Assembly (NCBI GenBank): GCA_965215505.1
Contig: OZ244065.1
Span: forward strand, 4,576,001-4,640,000
Length of the DNA stretch: 64,000 nt
Direction: 5' to 3'
Origin: Capsulimonadaceae bacterium
GTDB taxonomy: Bacteria > Armatimonadota > Armatimonadia > Armatimonadales > Capsulimonadaceae
The notes under the pieces were generated by a model, which saw only the letters and a program-made list of their open reading frames with translations, searched no databases and had not been told where the DNA came from. Below are positions 48,409 through 56,769 of the stretch, piece by piece. The position numbers and the translations under genes were made by a program. How positions within the stretch are numbered: position 1 is the stretch's first letter; each line of letters opens with the position of its first letter.

Positions 48409-48900
48409 TTGAAACCAGACCCGCGCGCCGACTTCCCGGCCTTCTACCGACAGCATGGCGACCAAATCTACCGGTTCTGCTACCGGCTGTCCGGCAGCGC
48501 CTCCGATGCGGAAGACCTGACGCAAGAGGTCTTCCTGGCCGCCTTCCAGGGCGCGGGCCGGTTCGAAGGCCGGGCCTCCGTCCAAACCTGGCTCTACCGC
48601 ATCGCCCTGAACTGCTGGCGGCAGACGCGCCGCGCGCCCCGCCTGGACACGACACCTTTGGAAGACGCGGCCCACGCGGGGCCGGGCTTGGAACAGTCCG
48701 TGACCGACGCCGCCTCCCTGACCTGTGCGCTGGCCGCCCTGCCGCCCGACCTGCGCGAAGCCTTCCTGCTGGTCAAGGCGGAGGGCCTGACCCACCGCGA
48801 GGCGGCGCAAATCCTTGACGCCCCGCTGGGGACCGTGCAGTTCCGGGTACACACCGCCGCCTGCCGCCTGCGTGTCCTGCTGACCGAGGAAAGAGACTGA
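48409..48900 (+). CDS. ECF RNA polymerase sigma factor
   Basis: DAEDLTQEVF, TWLYRIA.N, EGLTHREAAQIL..P.GTV. Start (TTG after GAGGAG) inferred. Confidence 0.85.
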   Translation: MKPDPRADFPAFYRQHGDQIYRFCYRLSGSASDAEDLTQEVFLAAFQGAGRFEGRASVQTWLYRIALNCWRQTRRAPRLDTTPLEDAAHAGPGLEQSVTDAASLTCALAALPPDLREAFLLVKAEGLTHREAAQILDAPLGTVQFRVHTAACRLRVLLTEERD

Positions 48901-48902
48901 CC

Positions 48903-50030
48903 ATGACCTGTGACCAAATACAGCCGCTTCTAGACGCCTTCACCGCCCATGAACTGGGGTGGGGGACGGCCTGGCGCGTCCGCCGCCACCTCGCCGCCTG
49001 CCCCGCCTGCACGGCGGAACTCGCCGAAATCCACCGCCTTGACAGCCGCGTCCGCGCCTGGCGCGACGTGCCCGCCCCGGCCCATCTGCAAAGCCGCATC
49101 GCCGCCGCGCTGCCCTCCGCCCCGCCTGTTTCTGCGCCCCGCCGCCGCCCGGTCACGGCCCGCCGCGTTGCCGTTGGGCTGGTGGGCATGGCCGCCGCCG
49201 GGGCTGCCTTCTTCTGGCTCACACCGGGTCAGCCTGGACGACCGACTATGGCCTTTGCCGACGTGGAGCAGGCCATGGAGCAGGTACAAACCGTCTCCTG
49301 GGATGAGACGATGATGTTCTATCGGGCCGGTCATCCAGTGGAGCGCAGTGCCTCTCGTTGGACCAAGTGGCTGCGACGGAACCCGCCCGCTCTAGCGTCG
49401 AACGGTGGGTTCCAAGACGTGCGGTTCCAAGACGTAGAGGATGCAAGGGGCGATCTCACCCGGATCGCGCCGGGCCGCTATGTGGTCTTTAAGTTGCGCG
49501 ACCGTAGGGACGGCAGCATCGCGACGAAAGTAGAAGCACATATCCGAGAGATCACCCAGCCGCAGAACGCCCAGCCGCCGATCGGCCACGGCCTCTTAGG
49601 TGCCGGTGCCGACCGCGTCGAATTTTCACCAACGCGGCAGCGGCATGTTACCCTCGACGGTCAGGATCGGATCTTATTCACCCGTGACCAGGATATGATC
49701 TCAGTGTCTCGGGACAAGTCTGAAAATCATTCCTACTTCCACATAAAAGTCTGGGCGGACCCGATCACCCATCGTGTCGTCCGCATAGAGGCACATAGCC
49801 CTGACGGCGGGGGTAAGACGGGGCCAGACGAAATGGTCCTCACACGAAATAACTTTCACTATAACCAGACGCCCCCGCCGGGCGTGTTCGACTGGTCCCC
49901 GCCTCTGGGGGCAAAGATATATGGTGAGATGGATGGCTTCAGCGCTATGATGCATGAGATAACTCATGCTATGCTTTCTCAGAGACGCCATGCTGCCGCC
50001 CCCGATACCCCTGCGCCGTCTCGCCGGTGA
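48903..50030 (+). CDS. zf-HC2 transmembrane anti-sigma factor
   Basis: HLAACPAC, TM helix, AFADV..AM extracytoplasmic domain. Confidence 0.82.
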   Translation: MTCDQIQPLLDAFTAHELGWGTAWRVRRHLAACPACTAELAEIHRLDSRVRAWRDVPAPAHLQSRIAAALPSAPPVSAPRRRPVTARRVAVGLVGMAAAGAAFFWLTPGQPGRPTMAFADVEQAMEQVQTVSWDETMMFYRAGHPVERSASRWTKWLRRNPPALASNGGFQDVRFQDVEDARGDLTRIAPGRYVVFKLRDRRDGSIATKVEAHIREITQPQNAQPPIGHGLLGAGADRVEFSPTRQRHVTLDGQDRILFTRDQDMISVSRDKSENHSYFHIKVWADPITHRVVRIEAHSPDGGGKTGPDEMVLTRNNFHYNQTPPPGVFDWSPPLGAKIYGEMDGFSAMMHEITHAMLSQRRHAAAPDTPAPSRR

Positions 50031-50862
50031 GCCGCCTGAACGTCGCGGCGAAATGCTGGGACGACGAGAACCCGAGTTCCAGGGCCAGGTCGGTGACGGC
50101 GATGTCGCTGCCGGTCAGCATCCCCTGGGCCAGACGGACGCGCACGGCGAGCAGGTAACGGTGGGGGGAGACGCCCACTTCGCGGGTGAAGCACTCGACC
50201 AGGTGGTGCGCCGATACGCCCGCCAGACGGGCCAGGTCGGGCAGCCGCCAGGGGCGCTCGGGCTGATGGTCCAATAGCTCTTTGGCCCGTCGGACGGCGG
50301 GGTGGCGCAGGGTCAGCGAATGAGTTTCGCCCGGCGCGGGCGTCTCCGCCAGCCGGGCGGCTTCCAGGACGACGGCGTCCAGGGCGAGCCGGATGCCCGA
50401 AGTGCGGTGGGGCAGGGCCAGGGAGACCTCCCGGATGAGCTGCCGGAAGGGGGCCGTCAGGGCCTCGCCGCGTGGACGGAAGATAGGGGTGTCCCGTTGC
50501 CAGGCGGAGGCGAGTGCGGGCAGACGCGCGCAGACGGCGGCGAGATCAACAGCGGCGAAGAAGAAGTGGTGCTTGTCGTCGGGCCGGTCGTGCATCCGGT
50601 GCGGGACGTGGGGCGGGGCGGCGAAGAACGCGCCGGGCGTCAGCGTGTAGGTTTCGCCCGGAGCGTCCCAGCGGCTCTCGCCGCTGATTTGGAGGTAGAA
50701 CTCCCAGACGGCGTGGCTGTGGCTAGGGATGAACAGCCGCCGCGAGGCCCACTGCTCGCCGATGTGCGCCAGTTCGGGCACGTCGGCGTCCGGCCGGTCC
50801 GCGTGGAAGCCTGCCAGCACATCGGGCGGGTGCCCATAATGGGTGAGTGGATTTGTGGGCAT
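49969..50862 (-). CDS. AraC family transcriptional regulator
   Basis: HSH..WE cupin; LGFSSSQHFAATFRR..G HTH. Confidence 0.9.
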   Translation of the reverse strand: MPTNPLTHYGHPPDVLAGFHADRPDADVPELAHIGEQWASRRLFIPSHSHAVWEFYLQISGESRWDAPGETYTLTPGAFFAAPPHVPHRMHDRPDDKHHFFFAAVDLAAVCARLPALASAWQRDTPIFRPRGEALTAPFRQLIREVSLALPHRTSGIRLALDAVVLEAARLAETPAPGETHSLTLRHPAVRRAKELLDHQPERPWRLPDLARLAGVSAHHLVECFTREVGVSPHRYLLAVRVRLAQGMLTGSDIAVTDLALELGFSSSQHFAATFRRLTGETAQGYRGRQHGVSEKA

Positions 50863-50935
50863 CTGCCGAAGATTCCATACATTCGCCCGAAACTCCTGCA
50901 ATCGCGTTCGCCCGCCCAGCGCGTACAATGAGGGC

Positions 50936-51793
50936 ATGACACTCACCCCAGACCAGGCGGCGCTGCTGCCCACCGACGACGAAGTCCGCCTCTACCGCGA
51001 GCGCGGCTTTTACCTGTCCCGCCCCCTCTTCACCGAGGAGGAGATTGACGTTGCCAAAAACGGCAGCGAGCGGTTCTACGCCCGCGACCTGGACGACCCC
51101 CCCTTCGCGATGCCGGACCGGTGGCGGCCCACCGGCGAGTACGGGGACGGCCTGCGGAAGCACGACTACGCCTCGTTCTTCAGCCACGGCCTGAGCGCCC
51201 TAATCCACCACCCCCTGCTCGCCGCCGTCGCCGCCCGGCTGGCCGATACTCCCGAGGTGCGGCTGTGGCATGACCAGCTCCTTTACAAGCCCACCGACAA
51301 CCCCGACAAGAAGGCAAACGTCGGCTGGCACACCGACCGGGGCTACTGGAAGACCTGCTCCTCGCCGAACATGCTGACCGCCTGGATACCGTTCCACGAC
51401 TGCGACGAGGAACACGGCACGATCACCATGATCGAGGGCAGCCAGCATTGGCCGGACAACACCCAGACCCTGAACTTCTTCAGCAGTGACCTGGAGGGCC
51501 TGGAAAAGCGGTTCGACACGGGCGGTAAGCCGGTCGTCAAGGTGCCGATGAACATGACGAAGGGCCAGGTCAGTTTTCATCACTGCCTGACGATCCACGG
51601 CAGCGGCCCCAACCGCCGCCCGGACCCGCGCCGCGCCATCGCCGTCCACTTGCAGGACAGGCCGAACCACTGGCAGGAATACCACTTCCCCGACGGTCGC
51701 CTGGGCCACCACGACAACGACGACCTGTGCCGCAAGGCGGACGGCATCCCCGACTACACCGACCCGAACATCTGCCCGACGCTCTACCCATAA
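50936..51793 (+). CDS. PhyH family Fe/2OG dioxygenase
   Basis: DQLLYKP, WHTD, TAWIP, TIHGSGPN, RRAIA. Confidence 0.88.
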   Translation: MTLTPDQAALLPTDDEVRLYRERGFYLSRPLFTEEEIDVAKNGSERFYARDLDDPPFAMPDRWRPTGEYGDGLRKHDYASFFSHGLSALIHHPLLAAVAARLADTPEVRLWHDQLLYKPTDNPDKKANVGWHTDRGYWKTCSSPNMLTAWIPFHDCDEEHGTITMIEGSQHWPDNTQTLNFFSSDLEGLEKRFDTGGKPVVKVPMNMTKGQVSFHHCLTIHGSGPNRRPDPRRAIAVHLQDRPNHWQEYHFPDGRLGHHDNDDLCRKADGIPDYTDPNICPTLYP

Positions 51794-51818
51794 GGCTTGC
51801 GAATAAAGGACTCCGACC

Positions 51819-52613
51819 ATGACACTCCAGCCGACAATCACGCTCACCGAGGAGCAGATCGCGTTCTACCACGCGAACGGCTTCCTCGCCATCGACTCCA
51901 TCACGACCTCCGAAGAGATCGAGCGCCTGCGCGGCGTCTACGACCGCCTGTTCGAGCAGCGGGCCGGACGCGCCGAGGGCAACCAGTTCGACCTGGCCGG
52001 GACGGACGAGGAGGGAAAGCCAGCCGCCCTGCCGCAGATCCTCGGCCCGCGCAAGTACGCGCCGGAACTCGCCGAGACGGTGTACGAGGCGAACGCCCGC
52101 GCCATCTCGGAGCAGCTCTTGGGGCCGGGCCTCGCGTTCACGGGCGACCACGCTATCTTCAAACCCGCCGGGGTGGGTGCCCCGACGCCGTGGCATCAGG
52201 ACGAGGCGTATTGGGACCCCAACCTAGACTACCACTCCCTGAGTGTCTGGATGCCTTTGCAGGAGGCGACACTGGAAAACGGCTGCATGGTCTTCCTGCC
52301 GGGCAGCCACAAGCAGGAGATCACGCCGCATCACAGTATCGGTGGCGACCCGCGCGTCCACGGGCTGGAGATGCTGGACGCCGTGAACGAGGCGGAGGCC
52401 GTCGCCTGCCCCCTGCCGCCGGGCGGCGCGACCTTCCACGACGCGCGCACGATGCACTTCACCGGCGCGAACCGCTCCGCCGTCCCGCGCCGCGCCTACA
52501 TCATCGGCTTCGGCCGGCCCGCGACGCCGCGCGCCGAGGCCCGCTCCTTCCCCTGGAACGAGGCCAAGCGGACCGCCCGCGACGCGCGCAGCCGGGCGGC
52601 GGGCAAGGCATGA
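51819..52613 (+). CDS. PhyH family Fe/2OG dioxygenase
   Basis: TPWHQD, W.PLQEAT.ENGCM..LPGSH, MHF.G.N, RRAY. Confidence 0.9.
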   Translation: MTLQPTITLTEEQIAFYHANGFLAIDSITTSEEIERLRGVYDRLFEQRAGRAEGNQFDLAGTDEEGKPAALPQILGPRKYAPELAETVYEANARAISEQLLGPGLAFTGDHAIFKPAGVGAPTPWHQDEAYWDPNLDYHSLSVWMPLQEATLENGCMVFLPGSHKQEITPHHSIGGDPRVHGLEMLDAVNEAEAVACPLPPGGATFHDARTMHFTGANRSAVPRRAYIIGFGRPATPRAEARSFPWNEAKRTARDARSRAAGKA

Positions 52614-52772
52614 ACCGGCACTGGAAGTGCCGGTCTACTCTTGTGTGAAAACCCCTACGGGTTGAAGACAAGTGTGAAGACTAACGGCAGGTGGCTTGTC
52701 TGTGGTCGCGGAGCGACTTTCATTCCAGAGTGGGCCGGCACTTCCAGTGCCGGTTGCGACCGTCGCCGGCTC

Positions 52773-52967
52773 TCAGGCGCGGAAGGCGGCGAGCAGCCTG
52801 AGCAGGTCACGCGCCGTGAGGTCCACGACCCTGGTCTCGGCGTCTATCCCTGCCGGCAAGGCTAGGGAGGCGCGGGACTGAAGTGGGGTGGGTTCGGGCT
52901 GTGGGGGGCCGGGCGGGGCGGCGGCCACCGTGTCAGGCTCTGGGTCTGCTTTCCGTTTGCGCGCCAT
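52773..52967 (-). CDS. Small protein resembling the leader region of the adjacent repeat precursor
   Basis: AAAGGA RBS; IDAETRVVDLTARDLLRLL aligns with VDMNAKVGDMTVRQLSDIL of 53043-53678. Confidence 0.65.
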   Translation of the reverse strand: MARKRKADPEPDTVAAAPPGPPQPEPTPLQSRASLALPAGIDAETRVVDLTARDLLRLLAAFRA

Positions 52968-53042
52968 GAGGGATTGTCCTTTCTCGGAGATCCTGGCGGC
53001 CATCCTATCCCTTACGGGGAAGGATGGCCGCCCGGCGGTGCA

Positions 53043-53678
53043 TCAGCTTCCTCCGCCCTGGCCGCCACCTTGCTGGAGGGCGGCGACCTGCTGCTCCAGG
53101 CCGGTGACGCGCTGGATGAGCTGGTCAATGCCCTGCGCGGGGTCGCCCGGATCGGTGGGGATGTTACCCTCGGCCAGCTCCTTCTCGTTTTTGAGGACTT
53201 CGGACGCGATCGCCTTCTGCTCGATGAGCTGATTTTTGTCCTGGACGCGATCCTTGATGTTGTCCTTGATGCCGTCCTTGATTGTGTCCTTGTGGTCCTT
53301 ATGGCCATCCTTGATGTGGTCCTTAAGGTCTTTGTGCTCTTTGTTGTCCTTGCCGTCCTTGCCGTCTTTTTGTTCTTTGTGTTCCTTGTTGTCCTTGGTG
53401 TCTTTGGTGTCCTTGGTGTCCTTGTGGTCTTTGTTGTCCTTGCCGTCCTTGTGATCCTTAACGAACTCTTTGACCGGCTCCTTGATGCTCTCCTTGGCCT
53501 GCTCCTTGATGATCTGCTTCTCGAACACCTGCTTCTCTTGGACTTCTTTGGCCTTCCGGGGCGCGCTGCTGCCCAGGATGTCGGAAAGCTGGCGCACGGT
53601 CATATCGCCGACTTTGGCGTTCATGTCAACGGTCAGGTCGGGGCGGCTCTCGCCGCCGATGAAAGGCTCGTCTGCCAT
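53043..53678 (-). CDS. K-[D/E] repeat protein, putative multi-core ATP-grasp RiPP precursor/substrate
   Basis: CAGGAG RBS; about 40-aa leader, about 27 K[DE] units, C-terminal coiled coil; directly downstream of two ATP-grasp genes. Confidence 0.8.
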   Translation of the reverse strand: MADEPFIGGESRPDLTVDMNAKVGDMTVRQLSDILGSSAPRKAKEVQEKQVFEKQIIKEQAKESIKEPVKEFVKDHKDGKDNKDHKDTKDTKDTKDNKEHKEQKDGKDGKDNKEHKDLKDHIKDGHKDHKDTIKDGIKDNIKDRVQDKNQLIEQKAIASEVLKNEKELAEGNIPTDPGDPAQGIDQLIQRVTGLEQQVAALQQGGGQGGGS

Positions 53679-53767
53679 CGTGGTTTTCTCCTGCCGGCGG
53701 TCATCGCCGGCGCTGTGAGTGGGTCGTGCTTGGGGAGACCGGCAGAAGGCCGGTCGGACCGGCCCGA

Positions 53768-54727
53768 TTACCGGTCGTGCGTCTTTCCGTCAGCCCCCTC
53801 CAGGCTGCCGCGCAGTAGGTGGGCCACCGCCTCGCTGATGGGCTGGCCCGTGTTGCTCTCGTAGAAGATGAAGCCGGGGGACGGGTTGACCTCGAAGCAG
53901 TAGTAGCGCCCATCCGGGGTCCGCCGCAGGTCTACGCCCGAAAGGTGCAGGCCCAGGGCGCGCGCCATCCCTACACACGCCTGCGCCACCGCTTCGGGAA
54001 TCTCGGTCTCCTCCAAGGTGATCGCCGCGCCCTCGCGGCGCGCGTAGCGGTAGTCATTGGCCTCGGAGTGTATCTCCGTGGGGAAGACGCGGTCGCCGAC
54101 GGTGTGGACCCGGATGTCCACGCCCTCGACGCGCTCCTGGAACTGGGTCGGGCAGTTGCGGACGCGCTCCAGGCGCTCCCCCAGATCCTCATCGGTCAGG
54201 CGATGCACGATGGATCGGACTCCGGAAAGCGACTTGTAGATGACGTCCCCGCCCCGCGCCTCGTAGAAGGCGCGGGCCGCCTCGGGGTCGGTCGTCGCCA
54301 ATGTCCGGGGCGTGAGCAGGCCGAACTGCTCGGCGAGGAACCCCTGGTAGATCTTGGAGTCGTTGCTGACCGAGGTTCCCGCCCGGTTGACGACGGTGCA
54401 GGGCAGGATTTCCAGAAGCTGCATCAGCGAGAGCTGGTACTCGGCCTCCGCCATCTGCTTCTCCATCTCGGAGAACTCCGGCCGCTCCGCCCCGCCCTTG
54501 AAGCTGACATAGCGGGCATAAACCCCGGTCAGTTCCGACAGGTCCAGGGTGCCTGCCGGGGATGTGATGCTGCCCCGGACGCCGCCCGCCCCGAGCTCCC
54601 AGGTGAGGTCGTAGCGGCCCGGATACTGGGCCTGGTCGAGAAACAGGTAGGGGTAGCCCATGTCGTCCAGGCGGGAACACATCAGCTCGGTCATGGCGTC
54701 TGCCAAGACGCCGCAGATGAGAATCAT
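53768..54727 (-). CDS. ATP-grasp peptide ligase (RimK/MvdC-MvdD-like)
   Basis: VVN, SKIYQ, GL.TP.TL.T.D, VIYKSLS, FQERV, DIRVHTVG, DYRY, GVDL, YCFEVNPSPGF. Confidence 0.88.
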   Translation of the reverse strand: MILICGVLADAMTELMCSRLDDMGYPYLFLDQAQYPGRYDLTWELGAGGVRGSITSPAGTLDLSELTGVYARYVSFKGGAERPEFSEMEKQMAEAEYQLSLMQLLEILPCTVVNRAGTSVSNDSKIYQGFLAEQFGLLTPRTLATTDPEAARAFYEARGGDVIYKSLSGVRSIVHRLTDEDLGERLERVRNCPTQFQERVEGVDIRVHTVGDRVFPTEIHSEANDYRYARREGAAITLEETEIPEAVAQACVGMARALGLHLSGVDLRRTPDGRYYCFEVNPSPGFIFYESNTGQPISEAVAHLLRGSLEGADGKTHDR

Positions 54728-55638
54728 GCACAGCCCCTTTCCTGCCCATCCGGGCCTGTGAGAAGCGCGGCCAGGCGCTCGACGATCTCCGCCTGGGCCG
54801 CCGGGCCGCAGGCATAAAGCTGCGGGACGCGGTCCAGGCCCAGGCAGTGCCACTCGTCCCCTGCTCCGACCGCCAATGAGAGCCGGAAGAAGGCCAGCCC
54901 CAGGCGCGTCCCGACCCGGACGCAGCGGTCGGCCAGGCCGGAGGGCGGCGTCCCGCACACCGCGCCGTCCGGGCCGACCAGCGTGACCCGTCCGCCGACG
55001 ACGAACGCCTCACACCGCCGACCAGCGACCTCCTCGGTCAGATGCAGCGGCAGGGCACCGTTCAGGGCGAGCAGCTTCTCGAATTCTTCTTCACCCTGGA
55101 TAGGGTAGGGGGAGGATCCGCTCAGGGCGGTATAGGTGACGGTCCCGGACACCCTTCGTCGGAAGCTGCGCGCCGCGTCCGGCGATGTCGTCACCAGCGT
55201 TCGGGGACGTGCGAAGGGCAGGTCGGGCACGAGGGCGGCCAGCGCGGGGGCGTTGAGGGAGGTCTTGTACCACAGGTCGGGCCGGAGGCGGTTGATGACG
55301 GGGCAGGCCGAGGTCCGGCCGGGGCTGTTCAGCCAGGCCATCCACAGTGCGTTCCACTCGGAGCAGACATACCGCCCGTCCGCCGTCCCGAAGTCCTCGG
55401 CGGGGAGGGGGATGCCGTAGAACCGGTACAGGACGCCGTCTATCTCGGAGAACGATACGTCCCGCCCTTCAAAACAGATGCGGCCCGCGCCGTCGGCGGG
55501 GGTCCAGGCGAACTCCATCTGCGGCAGGAGCTTGTCTTCGGGCAGGAACAGCGTCTCCCGCCCGCCCCGCGCCAGCCGTTCGAGTGTCCCCTGGCAGCAG
55601 AGGTCTTCCGTCCGGCCCAGAATCAGGATCACACCCAT
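54724..55638 (-). CDS. Degenerate ATP-grasp paralogue
   Basis: Pre-ATP-grasp N-terminus (IDGVLYR), CPVINR, PRTLVTTSPDAARSF; lacks the YK lysine, DIRV and ExN motifs. AAAGGAG RBS; ATGA overlap with the next gene. Confidence 0.75.
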   Translation of the reverse strand: MGVILILGRTEDLCCQGTLERLARGGRETLFLPEDKLLPQMEFAWTPADGAGRICFEGRDVSFSEIDGVLYRFYGIPLPAEDFGTADGRYVCSEWNALWMAWLNSPGRTSACPVINRLRPDLWYKTSLNAPALAALVPDLPFARPRTLVTTSPDAARSFRRRVSGTVTYTALSGSSPYPIQGEEEFEKLLALNGALPLHLTEEVAGRRCEAFVVGGRVTLVGPDGAVCGTPPSGLADRCVRVGTRLGLAFFRLSLAVGAGDEWHCLGLDRVPQLYACGPAAQAEIVERLAALLTGPDGQERGCA

Positions 55639-55828
55639 CAGGTCTCCTTTGCGCGGCCCGCTTCGGCGGCGACCAGGAACGAAGAGCAAAAGAACGAACA
55701 AAAACAGAAAGGGAAGTACATTCGCGGCGAGAGTGCTTACAGGAAACCGGAACAGAGCAGTGTAGCATACAAGCGGGGGAGTTGTCAAGCCGGAACCGGA
55801 GTTGAGGACTGTGTCCGAAGAGGGGACG

Positions 55829-55872
55829 GGTAGGGGCGCGATTCATCGCGCCCTTGGTCATCATCGCGCCCT
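55829..55872. repeat. REP-like GTAGGGGCGCGATTCATCGCGCCC (second copy at about 37080-37103)
   Basis: GTAG-headed short palindrome with a duplicated right arm. Confidence 0.65.
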
Positions 55873-55938
55873 CTCCTAATGCCAGTCTATAATCCATGCT
55901 ATAATACAGAAGGCCAAACGCGCAAGGATCAACCCGCC

Positions 55939-56733
55939 ATGCTGCAACACGAACAAGAACAGTCCTCTGAAACGCCCGCCGCCCAGACCCCCGCCGCCCA
56001 GATCCGCGTCACGTCGGAGGAGCTGGCCCAGGCGATCAACGCCCTGGAAGCCAGTAGGGATGAGGCCGCCCGCCATCTGGCCGGGACGGTCCCCATCGGC
56101 GAGGTGGTGAAGGAACTCAAGCTGGAAGCGACGCCCGAGGAGATCTGGGCGCAGGTGCAGCGCCAGCGCGCCCGCAAGGCGGCGGACGAGGCCGCCGCGC
56201 AGGCCGCCGCGATCCAGAAGGAGCAGGCGAACGCCACGCAGAAGGAGCAGGCGAACGCGGCCCAGGCCGTCGCCGCCGCGCAGGCGGCTGCCGCCCAGGC
56301 CGTCGCCGCCGCCCGGTCCGCCGCCCAGTCGGCGCAGGCCGGCGCACAGGTGTATGCGCGCCCGAAACGCCGTGGGCGGTGGTGGGCACCTCTCGGGATC
56401 GGCCTGCTGATCTACGCCGGGGTCCACGGGAGTCAGGTGCGTATCCATACTCCCGCAAACACTCCGGGGGTAATCACCGGGTACAACCGGACGCTGACCT
56501 TCAGCACGCAGGGCAAGAACGTGGAAGTGGCCGGCGGCAAGGATACAGTCACTTTGCGGGGGGACTGCCCGACGCTGATAATCACGGGGGATGATAACCA
56601 CATCCGTATCGTCGGCACCGTCGGGCGGGTCATCGCCACCGGTGACAACAACTCGGTCGTCTACACCCAGGGCAATGAACCTACGCTCATCGGGACGGGC
56701 GTCGGGAACCACGTCGCCCCGAGCAAGCCGTAG
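55939..56733 (+). CDS. Membrane protein with Ala/Gln-rich linker and DUF3060-like C-terminal domain
   Basis: TM helix followed by V.G..N/D.V repeats (VTLRGDC, ITGDDNHI, ATGDNNSV). Confidence 0.7.
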   Translation: MLQHEQEQSSETPAAQTPAAQIRVTSEELAQAINALEASRDEAARHLAGTVPIGEVVKELKLEATPEEIWAQVQRQRARKAADEAAAQAAAIQKEQANATQKEQANAAQAVAAAQAAAAQAVAAARSAAQSAQAGAQVYARPKRRGRWWAPLGIGLLIYAGVHGSQVRIHTPANTPGVITGYNRTLTFSTQGKNVEVAGGKDTVTLRGDCPTLIITGDDNHIRIVGTVGRVIATGDNNSVVYTQGNEPTLIGTGVGNHVAPSKP

Positions 56734-56769
56734 CCAAAAATCGGGCGGTTTGAGGTATAATAGGGCGAT

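Noticed and set aside
52974-53864. 296-aa very hydrophobic plus-strand ORF (VL repeats) resembling a membrane protein
   Set aside because: It is the antisense shadow of the AAG-GAC (KD) repeats. The minus-strand gene has the RBS and the operon context.
55829-56733. DUF3060-like gene or PhyH pair as part of the ATP-grasp cluster
   Set aside because: Opposite orientation, separate promoters and an intervening REP; nothing in the sequence links them.
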